Origin: Asterias rubens
Taxonomy: Eukaryota
Assembly (NCBI RefSeq): GCF_902459465.1
Contig: NC_047076.1
Coordinates: forward strand, 12,710,001-12,774,000
Length of the DNA stretch: 64,000 nucleotides
Direction: 5' to 3'
This document shows, in pieces, positions 60,174 through 64,000 of this stretch (positions within the stretch are counted from its first letter, which is position 1; the number at the start of each line of letters is the position of its first letter). The translations under genes and the position numbers were made by a program. Under the pieces are notes generated by a model. That model worked only from the letters and a program-made list of their open reading frames with translations, made no database searches and was not told where the DNA came from.

Positions 60174-60339
60174 TTAACATTGGTTTAAATCCTGTCCATC
60201 TTTCAAAAATGTAACCCAGTAATCCGGCGTGAAAATAACTGTGACTGGATTGAAATATGAGTATCACTGGCATTTCGTAATTCAAGATCCCGCATTGACA
60301 AAACTTGTGTTACGTTTTGTACTAACAGTTGAAGAGACT

Positions 60340-60518
60340 TCAACGGGGGACTGCGCACACCTGGTACGGCTGAGGGGCCAGCGTGATCCCAAGGTGTCCC
60401 TTGACCGTCAGTGGAGGCGAATCGACGGGTTGCTTGAAGGTGAACTGATGGAGGAGGTAGGTGAAGAAAATGAAGAGCTCCATTTTGGCGAGTTGCTCTC
60501 CCGGACACACACGCCGCC
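60340..60518 (-). CDS. Cytochrome P450, CYP2 clan, copy B, exon 3 (179 bp)
   Basis: Protein identical to copy A exon 3 (one synonymous change, CAG/CAA); heme Cys motif intact; TGA at 60342-60340. Confidence 0.95.
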
Positions 60519-61309
60519 CTGTGGAATTGAAACAAAGATTGGTGGTGAGATTTTATCTGTAGTTCATGAAATGTACCCGGTATGTTTTTATCTCTTCATT
60601 ATACCAAACCAGGATATTGCTTTCCAAGTAATGTTACCTACGTTGGCTCAACATTGAGTGCCGACGTAAAACCATAGCGCTCCATGGTAAATCAATGCGA
60701 TAATGCCGACCTAGGGCCAATACATGGCCCGACGTTTCCTACCAACACAATGCCGATATTGTTTTCCCACTAAGAACCAACGTTGCCTCAACATCGAGTG
60801 CCGATACTTCCGACCTAGAGCCAACATTTTGCCCAATGTGAGAAATACCTACATCAAAAACCAAAGCTTGCCTATTATGCACAATGATTGGATTTTACAC
60901 CAGGTTTAATTAACTTGAAACGGGTGTTGTAAAAGGAATCGGCTTCCTACGAAATGCTCCCCCAATACCGCAAACTGTGTACATGTACAAACTTCTTCTG
61001 ATAGCGCCCTCTTTTGAATCATCCTCCTCCAGCCCATGTTAATTTCCCATATGGGGCACAGACTCTCCGGCGGACAGAATTCCATGGGACAGCGGCTCAA
61101 AGCCAATGTGATAATGGTTACTTTGAGCCAACATTGGTCCAACTTGTGAAATGTCATGTGTATCTCATATTTTCTATACGTACAACTCGGCACTCTGGTC
61201 TGACTCTTATTCTTATACAGTGCAGTATCAACCAAACATTCACATTATTTTGATGACTTGTGTATGTCAGTTCAGAATCTCAACCTGTTTGAAAATCATA
61301 ATTTTTTAC

Positions 61310-62269
61310 CTATGCCGAATGGTATAAACTCATCAGGACTAAAAACCTCTCCAGCCTCATTCAGGAATCGCTCCGGGTTGAACTTCTCCGGCTCCGGGAA
61401 AAGTTCCGGATCAGTATGCAATGCCCACTGGTTAGAGATAATGAAGCAATCCTTAGGGAGGGTATACCCTCCGTAAGAGGTATCACGAGAGGCTCTGTGG
61501 GGTAATCCGAGAGGTACTATATTACCGAGTCGTTGGAGCTCAAGGATGACTGCTTCGGTGTACGGCATGTCGGGTTTGTTTGAGAGCTTCGGCATTCGGT
61601 TACGTCCTACTACGGTGTCTATTTCTTGCTGTACACGGGTCTGTACCTCCGGGTGCAGCATCATGTAGAGCAGCCCCCACCTCAGGGTCGTTGCCGTCGT
61701 CTCCGATCCCGCTACGAAGAGGTCGTTAATAACGCTCACTAAGTTATTCAAACTCAAGACCGTCTCGACTTTCTGATCTTCTTTCTCTTTCATTTCGTTG
61801 ATGTACATGTCCATGAAGTCCCTCATTTCATCTGGGTTGAATTCCTTCACGTGGTTCTTGATGATATTCTTAGTGAAGTTCACCGTCGTTGTGATGTTGG
61901 TTTGCATTTCTCGCATGGACGGGAGGAACCCAAGGTACTTGGTGATGGGGAGGAATTGCATCGCTGCTCCGGCTCCAATCAGCTCCATGTTCCGGCCAAT
62001 ACACGCAAGGATCTTCTGGAACTCCGGATCATCGTAGTCGTACCTCTTGCCAAATATAACAGAGGCAATAATAGTCGAAACAGAAGTGGAGAATAACTTG
62101 GTCGGGTTGAAGGGCTTCTGCTTGAAGTTGACCATCTCGTGAACTAGTTCTTCTGCCTCCCTTGCGATCTGATCCTCAAAGCTTGATTTACCGACCCCGA
62201 AGTTTTTGAAAACATTGAGAGAAAGTTTTCTCTGCTCCTTCCAGACTTTGCCGGACGCAGCTGCTATGC
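61310..62269 (-). CDS. Cytochrome P450, CYP2 clan, copy B, exon 2 (960 bp)
   Basis: Same motifs as copy A (WKEQR, AGSETT, ELQR, PERF), identical length and splice phases. Confidence 0.96.
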
Positions 62270-63438
62270 CTATCGATAAAAGAATTAACAAATACAATGT
62301 TCAAACAAATTACAAAAGGAACGATACCCGTCTCTCTCTCCCTCTCCCCCTCTCCCCCTCTCCCCCTCTCCCCCTCTCTCTCTCCCCCCCCCTCTCTCTC
62401 TCTCTCAAGTTGATCGAGGTCAGAATCATGCCCTGTCTATCTCACATTAGGATGGAAGCACCCCGTTGCCCTAGCAACAAGATCTGTTTAGCTGTGCTTA
62501 TGTCTTCCCCTGCCCCTTCCATGTTTTACCACTGTTGCTTCTTTATTTCAAACAAAAATACTTCTACAAACAGTTTGATATTATTTGTTTCTGTTTGCTC
62601 CTGTGATCTGTTCACTATCTCTAGTTGGATTTTTCACTAGTCAACATTTTGTGTACAATGGCACTCGTACTTTCAATACAAAAATATTGATGACCAGCAA
62701 CCCGTGTGAAACGGTTGCTCAATGCTGCTGCAATTAAACTTACTGGTGCAGATCATACATTATGGACAGTGCTTTTACATTGTTGTTTGTTGCAGCATAA
62801 GGTTTTGTGCTTTCCAATCCGTGTGTTTTATGTAGATTTGCCCATTGGGCAAATTAATATCTTCAACGAGGCATAGTATGTACTATAGTCGTGTTATAAG
62901 CTAACCATACGTGTTATCAAAACCACTGTCTCTTTATTTTATTCCCGATTGCAAATCCGCACCGAACATAATGGAGTTTCTTTTATATAAATTAGTTAAG
63001 CATATATAATTAAAAACATTACTTTTATAGCATTCAACACAGTGGTCAAGTGGAATAAGACCATGGACTTGCAATCATACACAATGTCTAGATTCAAACC
63101 CTGTCCACACTAACCTGATATCACAATGACCATAATAAGTATAGTGTCGTCTACAGTTATTAAATCACAATTACCTCTTGATGATTTTGTGCGATTGTCA
63201 ATCATAGACGTTAAACCAATGTTTGAATATTAGGATAATATTACCCATGAGAAAGATTGGCCGTCGCCAGCTTGGTTTATCCATGGTTTATCCCTACCTC
63301 CATGGTTTATCCCTTGTGGGGTTTTGTCTATCTCCCTTGACTGGAAGATATTTTCCCTCCATGTTTAAACAGACAAACTAAATTGCATTGCTTCATTTAA
63401 ATAAATAAAAGTGAATATATATTATTATTTTAGCTTAC

Positions 63439-63793
63439 CTTCCGAGCCATCCAGCATGTTAGTTATCGTGTGTGATTCAGGCCTATCGTTCAAGTTAGGA
63501 TTCTGAAATGCATCTTTAATCGCATCGTAACCATGCACAACAACAATTCTCTGCCCAAGTATACTCAGTGTGAATATCGGTCCGTACGTCTTTGACATCT
63601 TCAGGAACACCTCGTACGGTTCTCCCGAAGCGAGGGCCAGTGTAGGAAGGCTCCCGAGAAGGGGCCATTCCCACGGACCGGGCGGGAGGTTCCTCGGTCT
63701 TCGAAGAGCCCATGATAGCACCAGAAAAGCTAGTAAGCCTACTAGTGCAGTTCGTATGTCTAGCAAAGCTAAAAGAGCTGTCGCGTAGGCCAT
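63439..63793 (-). CDS. Cytochrome P450, CYP2 clan, copy B, exon 1 (355 bp)
   Basis: Paralogue of copy A exon 1 with the same length; GTAAGC donor. Confidence 0.95.
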
Positions 63794-64000
63794 TTTGTTC
63801 TGTCTCAGACTCTGTGTGGCATTGGGAAATAGCTTTACAGAGTCATCGATTGTTCCGTGAAAGATTAATATCTCAAACCATTACTCAGCAGTTTTGCCAG
63901 ACGCCTGGCTTGATTTTGATGGCTCGTTGCACACAATCAACGGTTACCCGTACAGTGATGGACACCAATGAAGGCTGGCTATACTCTAATCCTTCAAGCT

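Larger units (their letters stand above)
49885..64000. repeat. Tandem segmental duplication of ~8.2 kb carrying the two CYP genes (unit A ~49885-55900, unit B ~58165-window end)
   Basis: Colinear similarity from 'atactgataa(a)cgaaacctgtgaaaagcttt' (49905 vs 58188) through shared MITEs, exons, introns and upstream sequence; offset about 7.8-8.3 kb along the unit. Confidence 0.9.

Overview
AT-rich, repeat-dense eukaryotic genomic scaffold with three N-gaps (22216-22501, 32055-32198, 56220-56585). It is probably from an invertebrate deuterostome such as a sea star; this is an inference from the repeat families, including Deu/Nin-domain SINEs. The clear protein-coding content is two tandem, intact, 3-exon CYP2-clan cytochrome P450 genes on the minus strand (497 aa each, about 22 aa differences by manual count) inside a ~8.2 kb duplication, plus one 120-aa single-pass membrane protein gene at 11040-11402 with a putative spliced 5' UTR and a uORF. 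The rest is mostly non-autonomous mobile DNA: a TTAA-flanked Kolobok-type MITE family (15 or more copies or fragments), Harbinger-like MITEs, tRNA-derived SINEs, LINE-2 3' ends and degenerate satellites. The most unusual signal is a set of minimal type I hammerhead ribozyme motifs of the Penelope-associated kind, both dispersed and in a decayed ~200-bp tandem array at 40020-40700. A chain of possible plus-strand micro-exons and a decayed ORF island remain unexplained. No CRISPR array, rRNA or bona fide tRNA gene was seen. All alignments were done by eye and no database search was possible.
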